Source of the DNA: Octopus bimaculoides
Taxonomy: Eukaryota
Length of the DNA stretch: 35,326 bases
Direction: 5' to 3'
Assembly: GCF_001194135.2 (NCBI RefSeq)
Contig: NC_069002.1
Coordinates: 7,797,926-7,833,251, forward strand
Shown here: positions 22,100-35,326 of the stretch, piece after piece
Numbering within the stretch: position 1 is the stretch's first letter
Layout of the letters: each line of letters begins with the position of its first letter
Translations under genes and position numbers: made by a program
Notes under the pieces: model-generated
Database searches by the model: none
Told to the model about the DNA's origin: nothing
Seen by the model: only the letters and a program-made list of their open reading frames with translations

Positions 22100-22480
22100 G
22101 TGAAATTTCAAATCATTATGAACGTGAATCGGTCGAAATGAGGATAATTCTGAAGAGTCTCGGGAAAAAAATCACACGGCAGAGTGGGTCGTTCGGAGAC
22201 TAGGGATCCCCTCAATTTTGACTCTGTACCTTTCTACATTGAGAACGTACAGCTCAGGTGTACCGGAAAACTTATTAGAATGCCGGGGGAAGTGATCGCA
22301 CAACGACTTTGCATGATGCGTCAACTGGGTATAGAACTGGGGTAGACCAAAAATGGGATGGCTGCCTAAGATCTGTGGTTTCAGTTGGTCATTCTTGAGA
22401 ATCTAACTGGAAATCATAATGGCGGTTGTTTCGGATATGACCGTATGGGAGAGGTACCCGACGAGTCTACCCCATCAACT
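22100..22480 (+). mobile_element. Decayed RTE-like LINE 3' end
   Basis: Fragments across frameshifts: IENVQLRCTGKLIRMP, TGYRT and GRPKMGWL..ICGFSWSFLRI, resembling the QLRW.GH..RM...GRPK..W C-terminus of RTE-clade ORFs. Confidence 0.55.
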
Positions 22481-23293
22481 TTACCGTCACATTTTTTAGT
22501 GTTTCATCGCACTAAAAATATATTCATATTTAATGAAATACAAGTGTGTGTGGATGCGTATGCATGTATCTATCTATTTACGAATGTATGTATGTAGCGT
22601 TGCGTGTATATGAAAGTTGTATATTATATGCAATTATATGATTACTTCGAGTTAATTGGTAAGACAATCGTAATGATCAAGGAAAAACACCTGAAGGTAC
22701 TGTTGAGGCATGACCACGTTTCAATATGAGAAACTGGCAATATTGCTTTTATATGAAATGTTGTGTGAGGATGTGTAATATAAGAGAAAGGAATAGCAAA
22801 ATTTATTTGTAGAACAATCTGCAAAATGTAATTGGATGCCAATTTTATCAATATATACAGTAAATTTATATACAGTAAAATTTTATCAATATATATATAG
22901 TAAATATTACATTGTAATATATATCCGCATATCATACAAACGCACATACACGTTCAAGCGTGTAGACACGGGCACACCCGAGTGCACTAAGAAATACATG
23001 CACTCAAGCATGCAGGTCTAAATAAATTTAAAAGCATTTTCGTGCGGACACAAAATACGTGTGTCTATGTACTTTGTTTTGTAATAAACATATAACTGTA
23101 TACACGCATCCATTTTCTACTTTTCCAATAAATATAATTTTGCTACCTTGTTTGCTACCCATTTCTGAGTCAATATGGAAGAACACACACCCACACAAAC
23201 ACACACACACACCCACACACGCACACATATAGAGAAACACACACTCACTCACACAAAGACAAACAAATATACATACACATATATGTTTACTTA

Positions 23294-23335
<42 letters not shown>

Positions 23336-24276
23336 TGTATATATATGCATCTCTACATATTTCTATGTATATCCATATATGTATATATATATATATATAT
23401 ATCCATATATATATATATTCATACATATATATATGTATATACACAGAATCACACACACACACANNNNNNNNNNNNNNNNNNNNNNNNNNNNNNNNNNNNN
23501 NNNNNNNNNNNNNNNNNNNNNNNNNNNNNNNNNNNNNNNNNNNNNNNNNNNNNNNNNNNNNNNNNNNNNNNNNNNNNNNNNNNNNNNNNNNNNNNNNNNN
23601 NNNNNNNNNNNNNNNNNNNNNNNNNNNNNNNNNNNNNNNNNNNNNNNNNNNNNNNNNNNNNNNNNNNNNNNNNNNNNNNNNNNNNNNNNNNNNNNNNNNN
23701 NNNNNNNNNNNNNNNNNNNNNNNNNNNNNNNNNNNNNNNNNNNNNNNNNNNNNNNNNNNNNNNNNNNNNNNNNNNNNNNNNNNNNNNNNNNNNNNNNNNN
23801 NNNNNNNNNNNNNNNNNNNNNNNNNNNNNNNNNNNNNNNNNNNNNNNNNNNNNNNNNNNNNNNNNNNNNNNNNNNNNNNNNNNNNNNNNNNNNNNNNNNN
23901 NNNNNNNNNNNNNNNNNNNNNNNNNNNNNNNNNNNNNNNNNNNNNNNNNNNNNNNNNNNNNNNNNNNNNNNNNNNNNNNNNNNNNNNNNNNNNNNNNNNN
24001 NNNNNNNNNNNNNNNNNNNNNNNNNNNNNNNNNNNNNNNNNNNNNNNNNNNNNNNNNNNNNNNNNNNNNNNNNNNNNNNNNNNNNNNNNNNNNNNNNNNN
24101 NNNNNNNNNNNNNNNNNNNNNNNNNNNNNNNNNNNNNNNNNNNNNNNNNNNNNNNNNNNNNNNNNNNNNNNNNNNNNNNNNNNNNNNNNNNNNNNNNNNN
24201 NNNNNNNNNNNNNNNNNNNNNNNNNNNNNNNNNNNNNNNNNNNNNNNNNNNNNNNNNNNNNNNNNNNNNNNNNNNN

Positions 24277-24321
<45 letters not shown>

Positions 24322-25081
24322 TATGTGTGTGTCTGATATGTGTTTGTATATATGTGTGTATATGGAAAGATGGTGCCATATACATAAACATATATATACA
24401 TGTGTGTTAGTCCGTGCTTGTTTGTGTGTTTGTGTGTATGTATGTGTATCTATCTGTGTGTGTGTATGTATGTATGTGTGTGTATATGTGCGTGTGTGCA
24501 TATATTTCAATAATCAGTGCTTTTTACTTACTTCAGCATGAGCTTATATAACCGACATCGCTCACATCATTTACGAATACATTAGAGTAAAAGCCTTTTT
24601 GCCTGGCAGCCATTTATTGATTAACGGACTTGTCAGGCATTCATATGTAAATTTACTTTGCCCTTCTCTTGGTTCGACGGATTTCACCTTTAGATATAGT
24701 ATTGATATATGTAGACTTAGATTTCGTTAGGTTAGATCCCTGATTAAGAACAAACATTTCCACATCTACATATGGATATATTTGTAAACAGATATAATCT
24801 TCCGTCTGCATCTATATACTTTGCGCATGTAAATATATATAGTTTGTAATACGTATCCATATATGTAAGTACGTGTGTTTGTATGTATGTATATATTCAT
24901 GCATACATACATGGATATATGTGTGTATATTTATATGTATGTATGCATGTATGTATGTATGTATGTATGTATCTATGTATGTAGGAATGTATGTATTTAT
25001 GTATGCATGTATATATACAAATGCTTATCTCTTCTGATGAGCACGCACGCATGTATGTATGCATATATATATATGGAGAGA

Positions 25082-25129
<48 letters not shown>

Positions 25130-25169
25130 TAGATAGATGGAGAGATAGATAGATAGGTAGGTAGGTAGG

Positions 25170-25206
<37 letters not shown>

Positions 25207-25892
25207 NNNNNNNNNNNNNNNNNNNNNNNNNNNNNNNNNNNNNNNNNNNNNNNNNNNNNNNNNNNNNNNNNNNNNNNNNNNNNNNNNNNNNNNNNNNNNN
25301 NNNNNNNNNNNNNNNNNNNNNNNNNNNNNNNNNNNNNNNNNNNNNNNNNNNNNNNNNNNNNNNNNNNNNNNNNNNNNNNNNNNNNNNNNNNNNNNNNNNN
25401 NTATATATACGCATACATATTCACAAAATGCATGCACACACTTAAATCTATGTGTGTGCGCTCGTGCGCATACCCACCTATGAATAAATTATAAATATAT
25501 ATATATATGGTGAGTGAATACACTTTTAGTTGTGTGCGTTTTGTTCTATTTCTGTTTATGAATTGCATGTTTACTGACATACAACTGACACATCATGTCA
25601 TTTCTGAAAATACGTGTTTCTATTTATTTTCTAACATTAATATTTAACCTAAAAGGTTATTCTTTAGGAATATATTTTCAATTTCTCATTTGCTCTATGG
25701 TGTATTCCATAATCATACGCCTTTTCATTATTGTTTCTCCCCGACCTTTTTCTGTTTCTCGTTTTTTATTTTGTATTTTAATTATGGGTTTAAAAGCCGG
25801 ATGTATCTAGGATGCAGTCGAATGCATGTATGTGTAATTGTGGGTCTGTGTGAACGAATCTATAGTTCTTTATATTATGAATATTCTTTTTT

Positions 25893-26050
25893 ATATTGCT
25901 TTCAAATTTTGGCATAAGGCCAGCAATATCGCTAACTGATAGCGACCCCGAAAGATTGAAAGACAAAGTCGACCACTGCAGTATTCGAACGCAGAACGGC
26001 ACAGTCGAAAGAAATGTCTCTAACCATTTTTTCTGGTGCGGTAAGTATTC
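25893..26050 (-). mobile_element. MetaSINE-like SINE with internal deletion
   Basis: 'ttcaaattttggcataaggccagcaat...gaccccgaaagattgaaagacaaagtcgacc...gaaatgtctctaaccatttt'. Confidence 0.7.
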
Positions 26051-26072
26051 TTATTCGTATGTTCTTATTTAT

Positions 26073-26204
26073 ATAGGCTTCAAATTTTGACACACTGCGA
26101 GCAATTTCGTGGTTTAAGGGGATTAAGTTCTCCAATAATATTTATTTTATCGATTCGCAAAGCATGAAAAGCAAGGTCAACCTCGGTGCCATTTGAATGC
26201 GAAG
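26073..26204 (-). mobile_element. MetaSINE-like SINE 3' half
   Basis: 'ttcaaattttgacacac...tttattttatcgattcgcaaagcatgaaaagcaaggtcaacctcggtgccatttgaa'. Its head end abuts a LINE 3' end. Confidence 0.65.
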
Positions 26205-26547
26205 ATGGATAAGAATGGGAGCCCCTGATACAAGAGGACTTATAGGAACAAACAAGAAACCCCAACATCCGAGATCTCACTGAGTACGAAGGACAAGAGC
26301 CCTCTCCAACTCCTTCTTACCGACTGACAGGTCTACACTGGGAGTGGTACCATCCACACTTGCCATTTTCGCAACTTTCACCAACCTTTTCGTAAATTCA
26401 CTCCAGAACAGCAGCTCCCTCACCACTCTCGCTTTCCATTGCAAGTGTAACCTGAAAAATCCCATTGCGGGCTTTACCAAAGAGGAAGGTTTGTGTCCTC
26501 ATTCCCTTCAGGCTCGTCCACCAGGCAACCAATTTCGACGCAGCCAC
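26205..26547 (-). mobile_element. Tx1/L1-like LINE ORF2 C-terminus and 3' UTR remnant
   Basis: Minus frames read VAASKLVAWWTSLKGMRTQTFLFGK, then after a frameshift FFRLHLQWKARVVRELLFWSEFTKRLVKVAKMASVDGTT. This resembles the AKE.IWW.R.KG...FFKFHL.RK.R.ER...F..RWV C-terminus of Tx1-like ORF2 as recalled. Confidence 0.6.
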
Positions 26548-26799
26548 TAAAGAGTGGGTATCAATGATTTTTGAAAATTAATAATACCTATTTCGGACTT
26601 AAATGGACAAACCAATCTAACTAGGAGGTCAAAAAGTAAAGTTAGATTTATGGTCCTTAAGCATAATTCGGGGGTTTTTTGAGGGACGTAGGGCTCCGTT
26701 CTGCCATCCATAGCTAAATCGCTGACGATTTGTATCCCTGCATTGTTAATTCTTTTTAATAGGTTGTTACTAGCTTGTCTATATTTGCTGGTAGGTAAG

Positions 26800-26872
26800 C
26801 AGGTAGGTAGGTAGGTAGGTAGGTAGGTAGGTAGGTAGGTAGGTAGATAGATAGATAGATAGATAGATAGAG

Positions 26873-26927
<55 letters not shown>
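26800..26927. repeat. Compound (GGTA)n-(GATA)n-(GA)n microsatellite
   Basis: Seen directly. Confidence 0.95.
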
Positions 26928-26932
<5 letters not shown>

Positions 26933-27268
26933 GGTACATATGCGTTCATATATTGGCGTGCTACAATGACTGTAAGTGGGAGGATAAGTGGGCGGATATG
27001 CACAGGTGACTTTGCAACCACTTTTGTGAGTAAAAGACAGAGATTGAGAAAAAGAGGAGGAGAGGAAGCCATTATTGTTCGTACTTCAGCAAAAACATAC
27101 AGTAAGAAATGACAGTAATTGTAGAAGTACATCTTACCAGTAGGAATTAAAAGATAACGGATTATCCAATAGATCACTAACTATCAAATTGTCATACATA
27201 GTTATCCATATATACGTATACGCACTCACACACTCATTTAGACAAATATGCACTCACATATAAGCATA

Positions 27269-27330
<62 letters not shown>

Positions 27331-27383
27331 AATATATATNNNNNNNNNNNNNNNNNNNNNNNNNNNNNNNNNNNNNNNNNNNN

Positions 27384-27428
<45 letters not shown>

Positions 27429-27515
27429 CATATATATATATACAGGGAGTGACAGACAGGCAGAGAGACATAGTCAAACGGATAGACAGGCAGAGAAACA
27501 TACATACAGACAGAC

Positions 27516-27582
<67 letters not shown>

Positions 27583-27923
27583 TTGAAAGATAGACAGACA
27601 GAGATAGATAAATTGATAGATAGAGAGAGAAAGAGAGATAGACAGACCGACAGACAAACAGATAGATAACAGGATTTTGTAAATTTTTTGGCATAAGTTA
27701 TTTAGCATTGCATGCGATTCATTTGCTAAATCGATTCAAAAAAAGAGTACATGAAACAGAGAAGATGTAAAGATGTCTTCTATTGGAAATTCTTCAGACA
27801 AGCAAATCAAATGATACATCACACAAATATAATAACCACCACACACGGATTTTGGAATACTGAAATAAGCAGATGTGTTTCAAGAAGACACAGCTTGATT
27901 TTAAGCCATCTACATCACACACG

Positions 27924-27970
<47 letters not shown>

Positions 27971-28095
27971 NNNNNNNNNNNNNNNNNNNNNNNNNNNNNN
28001 NNNNNNNNNNNNNNNNNNNNNNNNNNNNNNNNNNNNNNNNNNNNNNNNNNNNNNNNNNNNNNNNNNNNNNNNNNNNNNNNNNNNNNNNNNNNNNN

Positions 28096-28181
<86 letters not shown>

Positions 28182-28199
28182 GTATGTATGTATATATAT

Positions 28200-28450
28200 C
28201 TTCTTTTATTCTTTTACTTATTTCAGTCATTTCACTGCGGCCATGCTGGAGCACCGGCTTTAGTCGAAAATTCGACACCAGTGCTTCTTCTTGGGCTTGT
28301 TCTTTGTAAGCCTAGCACTTATTCTGTCGGTCTGTTCTGCCGAACCGCTAAGTTAAGAGGACGCAAGCACACCAACATCGGTTGTCAAGCGATAGTGGGA
28401 GGACAAACACACACAAATACCCAAATACTCAAATACAAACACACACAAAT
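28200..28450 (-). mobile_element. Family A SINE, 3' half
   Basis: 'ttttacttatttcagtcatttcactgcggccatgctggagcaccggctttagtcg...gccgaaccgctaagtt...catcggttgtcaagcgat', homologous to 15-200. Confidence 0.85.
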
Positions 28451-28464
28451 ACACAAATACTTAT

Positions 28465-28755
28465 AAAACCGTCAAAAGCTTGTTTATTTTTATGTTTTTT
28501 GATTTGCTTAATATGTTTTATGTTTTGCTAAAATTACTGCTTCTTTTCAGATATCATCAGCAAAAGGTAATTAAAATTCATTAAAATGACAGATCTGTCG
28601 GACTTTCAAAGAGGTCAAATTGTTGGTGCTCGTATGGCAGTCGCTAGCGTAACGAAAACAGCCGAAATATTTGGTGCATCTGTCCGTCACGAAAGTAACG
28701 ACAGCCTCTGAGAAAGAGGGAAAAATCTCCTCATCGAAATGAAATTCCGGAAGAA
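28465..28755 (+). mobile_element. Tc1-like transposon 5' fragment (transposase N-terminus, decayed)
   Basis: ATG at 28586: MTDLSDFQRGQIVGARMAVASVTKTAEIFGAS, then a small deletion, then KVTTASEKEGKISSSK*NSGR. This matches the Tc1 'LSDF.RGQIVGAR.AG.S...TA...GVSR.TVS.V...GK.SS....SGR' N-terminus. Truncated after SGR. Confidence 0.85.
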
Positions 28756-29961
28756 TAGTTAAAATTGTCAACATTTTCCAACTGAATAGGATTTTATGGC
28801 AATGTTCTTCAAACGTGATTTTATCTCTCTTGCGGTATGTTTCTTTTATCAGCTATTTAGGTGATCAGTCGCACACCTAGTTTTGTTGTTTTACCACGCT
28901 GAAATCTTGTCTGCTGCATTATATTAGTCATCCAAATATTAAGTGGGTTGATGCCATTTACCGCAGACTTCAGTGGTCATATGCACCAAACATATGATTA
29001 CATGCCGAGGTACAGAGAGATAAGAAGACATAGATGTTATTAATGCTTTATTTGGCATTTGTACAAAGAAAATAACGTAATTAAATTTCTATACACTCAG
29101 ACGTAAATGATAATACTTGTGCTTTCATATTATATCGAGATGAAAAGTTAATAGATACTCCATTCTTACACTCAAATAAATTTTCACATAGGATATTGTG
29201 ATATAGGTAAATAAATGTAGATATTTATTGCTTCCCCACCGGACACTTTCATACAGATATCAAAACTTAACTGTCCGTATAGTTGCAGGAAAATTCTTTC
29301 TAATCACATGATATGCGTCAACAGCAAATTGTTGCTTGGAATAAATGAGCAAACAAAAAGGGGGACAGTGCTGAAAACAAACATGACACAGTCAGTTGGT
29401 ATAGATATAATTGTGCAGAGGTCTGTTTAGAAACCTCCAAATAAGTCTCAGATGGCAACCGAAATAATTAGTAATACTCCAAAAAATATTTTGTATTGTA
29501 TTTCTTGAAGGTTTTTTTCCAAACCTATGGTGGTGTTTCTTCGACGTATTTATTGATCAGTTTTTCTTTAAATAGTGAACTTCATTTTCTCTCCTAAACA
29601 AAGATTACATAGCTTAAAATTCACATCATACGAGTAGGCAGTTCTTACCACGGATTACGAAATATTGTATTGAATCTTCTTTTCTATCGAATGACAGATG
29701 AGGTCAGCCAACTAAGAAATGTTCCAGTTATTTAAATGTCGAAATGAAGCAACGAGCCTATGCTACTGACATTTGAGACAGTCTACCGTTGCACCTGACA
29801 CCTATTTTCAATCATTCCGGTCTGAATAGAACGTTTATCTACAATGCATTTACGGCAAAAGCCTCGTTATCTAAATGACGGTGTATGTTAGAACCAAGCA
29901 CCCGTTATTTCTTATCCAAACTCCCGGCCTATTAGCCAGTGATCGTTTCGGGCTCAACGAT

Positions 29962-29967
<6 letters not shown>

Positions 29968-30040
<73 letters not shown>

Positions 30041-30050
30041 GAGAGAGAGA
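29968..30050. repeat. (AG)n microsatellite
   Basis: Seen directly. Confidence 0.97.
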
Positions 30051-30681
30051 GTAGCCGCAAGATAAGAAGGGTTAATGAATGGGAGGATGGAAATAGGTGT
30101 AATTATCACCATTAGCATCAATGACATGAATGTGATTGCATAAACAAATATTGCCAAACGTTCAGATTGATACAAATTAACAACTTAAGAGAGCGGGAGA
30201 ACAGCTTATGCAGAAATAAAACAGAATGTATTCATCTGACAGATTAAGAGAATGTAAAATGGAACATCTTAAAAACTGAACAAAAATAATCACGTAAATT
30301 ATAGAAATGAGGAGAACAAAAATTAAAGTAGAAGTAAATAATACACACAGACACACACAGACACACAGACACGCACACAAAGGTACACAACCACACACAC
30401 AAACACACACATGTTTTTGTATGCGTGTGTATGTCTGTATGTATGTATTATTTATTTGTAGTTTAATTTATGTAAATCTCTGATATTTTTTATATCTATC
30501 TATCTATCTAGCTAGCTAGCTATATATATATATATACATATATGTATATATATTTGTATATATGTGTGTATATTGGTGTATATATACATACATCTATGTA
30601 TGTACATACACATATGTATGCATATATATGTTTATATTTGCATATACATATACATATATATGTGTATACATACATACATAC

Positions 30682-30732
<51 letters not shown>

Positions 30733-31480
30733 NNNNNNNNNNNNNNNNNNNNNNNNNNNNNNNNNNNNNNNNNNNNNNNNNTATAAAGATAGATAAATAG
30801 ATAGTTAGATTTGTATGTATATATATAGGTGTGTCTGTGTGTACGTGTGTGTACAAAATCTTTAGGTTTTAGAAATTGAGGCTTATTGTTAAATGATTTT
30901 TCCTTCCACGTTTAAGTCTTTCATCGAATTTTGACAAATACCAAAATAAAAAATGGAAATATTAGGTTTTGTATGAACAGGCATCATTCTAGGAGTTTCT
31001 GGAGAGTACCACCTCATCAGACAATAGATAGCTAGCAATTTTGGTATTCATTTTATCGAAATAGAATCCTATAATTCATGTAACGTAATACGTTCCATGA
31101 ATATGCGATGTTGTTATAATAGAGCAGATATTAGTTTCTCATCGGTGTGTGTGTTTGTGTGTACATATATGCGCATGCATTTTCTTTTTTAGTGTGTGTG
31201 TGTGGCTGTGTATGCGCGGGCGAGTGTGTAAGTATGTATATATGCGTGCCATAGTAATTTCATTCTTTATAAAACTTGGAAACTTGGAATCAGCCATTTA
31301 AACTTCCCTCCATTCAAATACCTCAATTATGCTTCCATCACCTATGTACATGTGTATGTTCATTTTTATTCTTGCCTATATATANNNNNNNNNNNNNNNN
31401 NNNNNNNNNNNNNNNNNNNNNNNNNNNNNNNNNNNNNNNNNNNNNNNNNNNNNNNNNNNNNNNNNNNNNNNNNNNNNNNN

Positions 31481-31525
<45 letters not shown>

Positions 31526-32734
31526 GTGTGTGTGTGTATGCATACATATATAATTATACACACTTGTGAGCACGCATACTAGTTTTGTGTGTATACGTGC
31601 GCTCATATTTGTGGTAATAGTTTAGTAAGCTTAAATTGTCTTCTAAATTGAAAATATTCATTCATTTAACAGTGCAATATTGTTGAAAATCTAAAGAATA
31701 TGAGATTTTCTTGAAATATTGATATGTGACCATATTGAATATGGTCTTTTTCATATTTGAAGGAATATCAATTTCTATAAATTGTAGCATATTTTTAGAA
31801 TTGCCAAATTTCAGATTTAAGCTTATTTCGAAATTCAGAATGTATAGGTGTTATAATTTGCTTGTAAAGGAAGCTAGTGACAATATCTATTACTATTACT
31901 AATATATATTCACTATTCGTTCAGATAAATATGAAAGTATATTCCATATTTAGTCATACATACGTCTGAAGCAGTTTATTTTCTGATAAAATCAAGCATA
32001 AATTAGTGCGACTTACACATGAATAAATTTCGAAGGAGATACATTCGGAAGGGAATGAAAAATATCGTGCTAGGTATCCCATAATGGATACCTCTTATGT
32101 GTTTAGATGTAAACTGTATTTGAATATATATATATATATATATATGTATGATAAGATCTTTTAGTTTGCTTGACGAATTGTATATGGAATATAACGTTGC
32201 TTCAAGCAAACTATAAAATCTTATTCTCATTACGCCTGAGCCAGGCATAGTATGCAACAACTAAGGAACTATTTAAACTATCAGAGAATATTACCACGTA
32301 ACTTTTAGTTTACGTTACCTCATCTTAAAATCTATTTGCATTGTTTGACCATTTAAATCTTTCAACGTTATATATATATATATAATCTGGCATATTTATG
32401 TTCACATGTGTATGTATGTATACATTTAAATCCATTATGGTTTAATCAACAACAAATATAAAAAAAAAACAGGTGATATAAAATCTATTTCATTGCATTA
32501 AGAATGAAAGCGTTGATGTTTTAACTAAATCTGAAATAACGAAACCACATAGATATGATCGTTTCATAATTACTATGAGTGAAACGTTATCTTTTTCATA
32601 GGAAAGTTGTCTGAACAATAGCAGATAATGTGTGCGGTGTTCCATATTTTATTCTTCCATATATATTCATTAAACTTTTTAAACTCTAAATTATGTGGTA
32701 TTGGTAACACCCACCCACATGCACTCACATGTAC

Positions 32735-32774
<40 letters not shown>

Positions 32775-34399
32775 TAGTGTGGAGAAAGAGAAAAAGAGAG
32801 AGAGAGGGAGACAGAGAGATAGAAAGTCAGATAAACACAAATAAGCTTCATTTGTATATTTGTTTGGTATGCCTAATACGATTACGGAATAACGAAAACA
32901 AAGAGTTACGTAATATTCTTATGTAATAATAATAATAATAATAACTATTATTATTATTGTTATTATTATTATCATTATTATATAATCGTAAATATTTATA
33001 CACACAAACTCAGTGACTTGCGCGCACGCACACACATATAGACACATATATACGTACATACACGCGCATACACACATATATACATACATATATATATATA
33101 TACGCACACATGTATGTTTCTACATGTGTGCGTGTGTGTGTGTGTGTGTATGTGTGTGTGTGTGTGTGTGTGTTATATGCAGAGGGAGAGACGAAGGATG
33201 GCAATGCGAAGAGAAAGAAGATGGTTTTATAATCAAATACAAAGACAAATAAGAGCACATTACCCACCCTATTGCGTACCATTGTCTGTGATATACCACC
33301 TGGTGTGGCTTGCGTTTGTAAACGTTGTCAATAGAAGAAATCTAGCAATAGCAGATTCGCATTAAAATGATGGTATATCTAGCAACAATGAGAAAATATT
33401 TGAATGCTATTCAATATAACCAACATCTTCTAAAACAAATTTTATAAAGATCTTTATGTCATGAAAATAATACACATGTTTTTTTTTTACAACCAAAGTT
33501 GTATATCTTTATCAACAAATGTCTCGTGGTGCTCGTTTTATAATCTCTAAGGAGAAAACCAGATTGTGTTTAAATATAGAGGGGACGAAGAAAAAACGTA
33601 AGAAATAAAGAAATTTATTAATTTTCTTCTCTCCCCGAACATTTGCCAGACATATTGATCACCACCAAGGGAATTGATGTGTTCACCGGAAACCATTTCT
33701 CTTTAACTGTTTGAGGTCGTGATTGGAAATGAAGAATGTGTCAAGGAATTCTTTGAATGGTGTTATATTCGATACTCAATGTAATCCATCCCAATGGCTA
33801 TTCATTAAATATTATTATTATATATGTTGGTCACGATGAATTACTTGTATCAGCACTAAACAAAGTTACTATTTTAAAAAGATAGTTATGCATCTCAAGA
33901 CTTACTCCAGAATACACAAAACTTTAGTTTATAATGTGATAATGTAAACCGGATTATCAGCAAAATATATCTTTGTTATACGTGATGCTGTTTATAAATG
34001 TGGTTTTGAAATTATATATCTAATTATTTTCTCATAGTTTCAGATATTCATTACAAAGTAGCAATATGTCTATCTGTGATCATATATGTGCTGAGAGGAA
34101 TTCTTTGGGGCTTGAATAATTCCCCTCTGGAAACATGAGTATTTCGTTCAACATTCATAAACAACTCGCGTCCAGGACTTTTTGTGCAGGATGGACCACT
34201 CGACCTGAAGAATATTCTAACTGGACCCCCACCTACAAAGTCATGCACTGTTTATCTTGATATGGGATCACCATGTCGCACACATATAGTTGTGATGCAT
34301 GTTCCTGGTGTACTTTTATCAGACGGTTAGTTAATGGTAGGGTATATTAGGTTTCGTATATTTGTATCCCATCGTCACTTTTATGGCATGCGCTGCCCT

Positions 34400-34745
<346 letters not shown>

Positions 34746-35079
34746 ACATCAACAATGACAAAAACAACAATAAGGCATTTCTCAAACTATTAATATTGAA
34801 CGCATTGTTTTTGAAGACTGTATATTTTCGGAAATAATTACATTTATGTTTTACTGATGATTGCTGCGATACGGACAAGTGAGACAAATCCATGGACGTT
34901 GACGTAGTGACATCTTAAAACGGAAACGATCTAATTAAAATTAACATAATGAAAGATAGGCCGAATTTAAAAATGTGAAATCATCATAATGTACGTGATT
35001 ACATTCATCATAATTACGCACAACACCAACATCTTAATCAACTGCCCACCTCCTCCTGCTACTCGTGCTCCTCTCCACC

Positions 35080-35133
<54 letters not shown>

Positions 35134-35326
35134 CGCCATCAAACTTATCATCGCTACCCTCTTCGTTTAACATCATTATCACTCTTATCACTGTCATCTT
35201 CATCATCATCACCATCGTCATCGTCGACGTCGTCATCATCATCATCACCATCATCATCATATTTGTACTGTTTAACTTCATCATCATCATGGTTCTCATC
35301 ATCACCATCACTATCATCATCATCAT
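35080..35326. repeat. Imperfect (ATC)n tract running to the window end
   Basis: Seen directly. Confidence 0.9.

Noticed and set aside
28928-29010. Possible small plus-strand exon (IQILSGLMPFTADFSGHMHQTYDYMP)
   Set aside because: Splice signals are mediocre, the peptide is unrecognised, and no partner exons were found.

Overview
Eukaryotic, AT-rich, repeat-dense non-coding DNA from a draft assembly: 13 N-gaps totalling about 3.5 kb, nearly all flanked by microsatellites. The SINE families closely resemble octopus tRNA-derived SINE consensus sequences as I recall them, so the source is probably an Octopus genome (inference, not a search). I found no intact protein-coding gene, rRNA, true tRNA or CRISPR array. 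Most long ORFs in the track are microsatellite or N-gap artefacts. The recognisable content is fossil mobile DNA: about 12 SINE copies or fragments from at least 4 families (one MetaSINE-like), and mariner, maT-like and Tc1 transposase remnants. There is also a mariner-derived MITE, an unclassified TIR element, a Penelope-like GIY-YIG remnant, and RTE-like and Tx1-like LINE 3' ends. The most interesting structures are: a perfect 21-bp hairpin apparently made by template switching in a SINE tail (6003-6052); a mariner N-terminus joined to a maT-like C-terminus (9880-10524); hammerhead-ribozyme-like motifs (14255-14300, 3385-3420); a 45-bp-TIR element with a duplicated right end (17087-17320); and a pre-miRNA-sized hairpin (32151-32224). 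I see no convincing new multi-gene system. The window looks like a large intron or intergenic region. Repeat boundaries are approximate unless stated.
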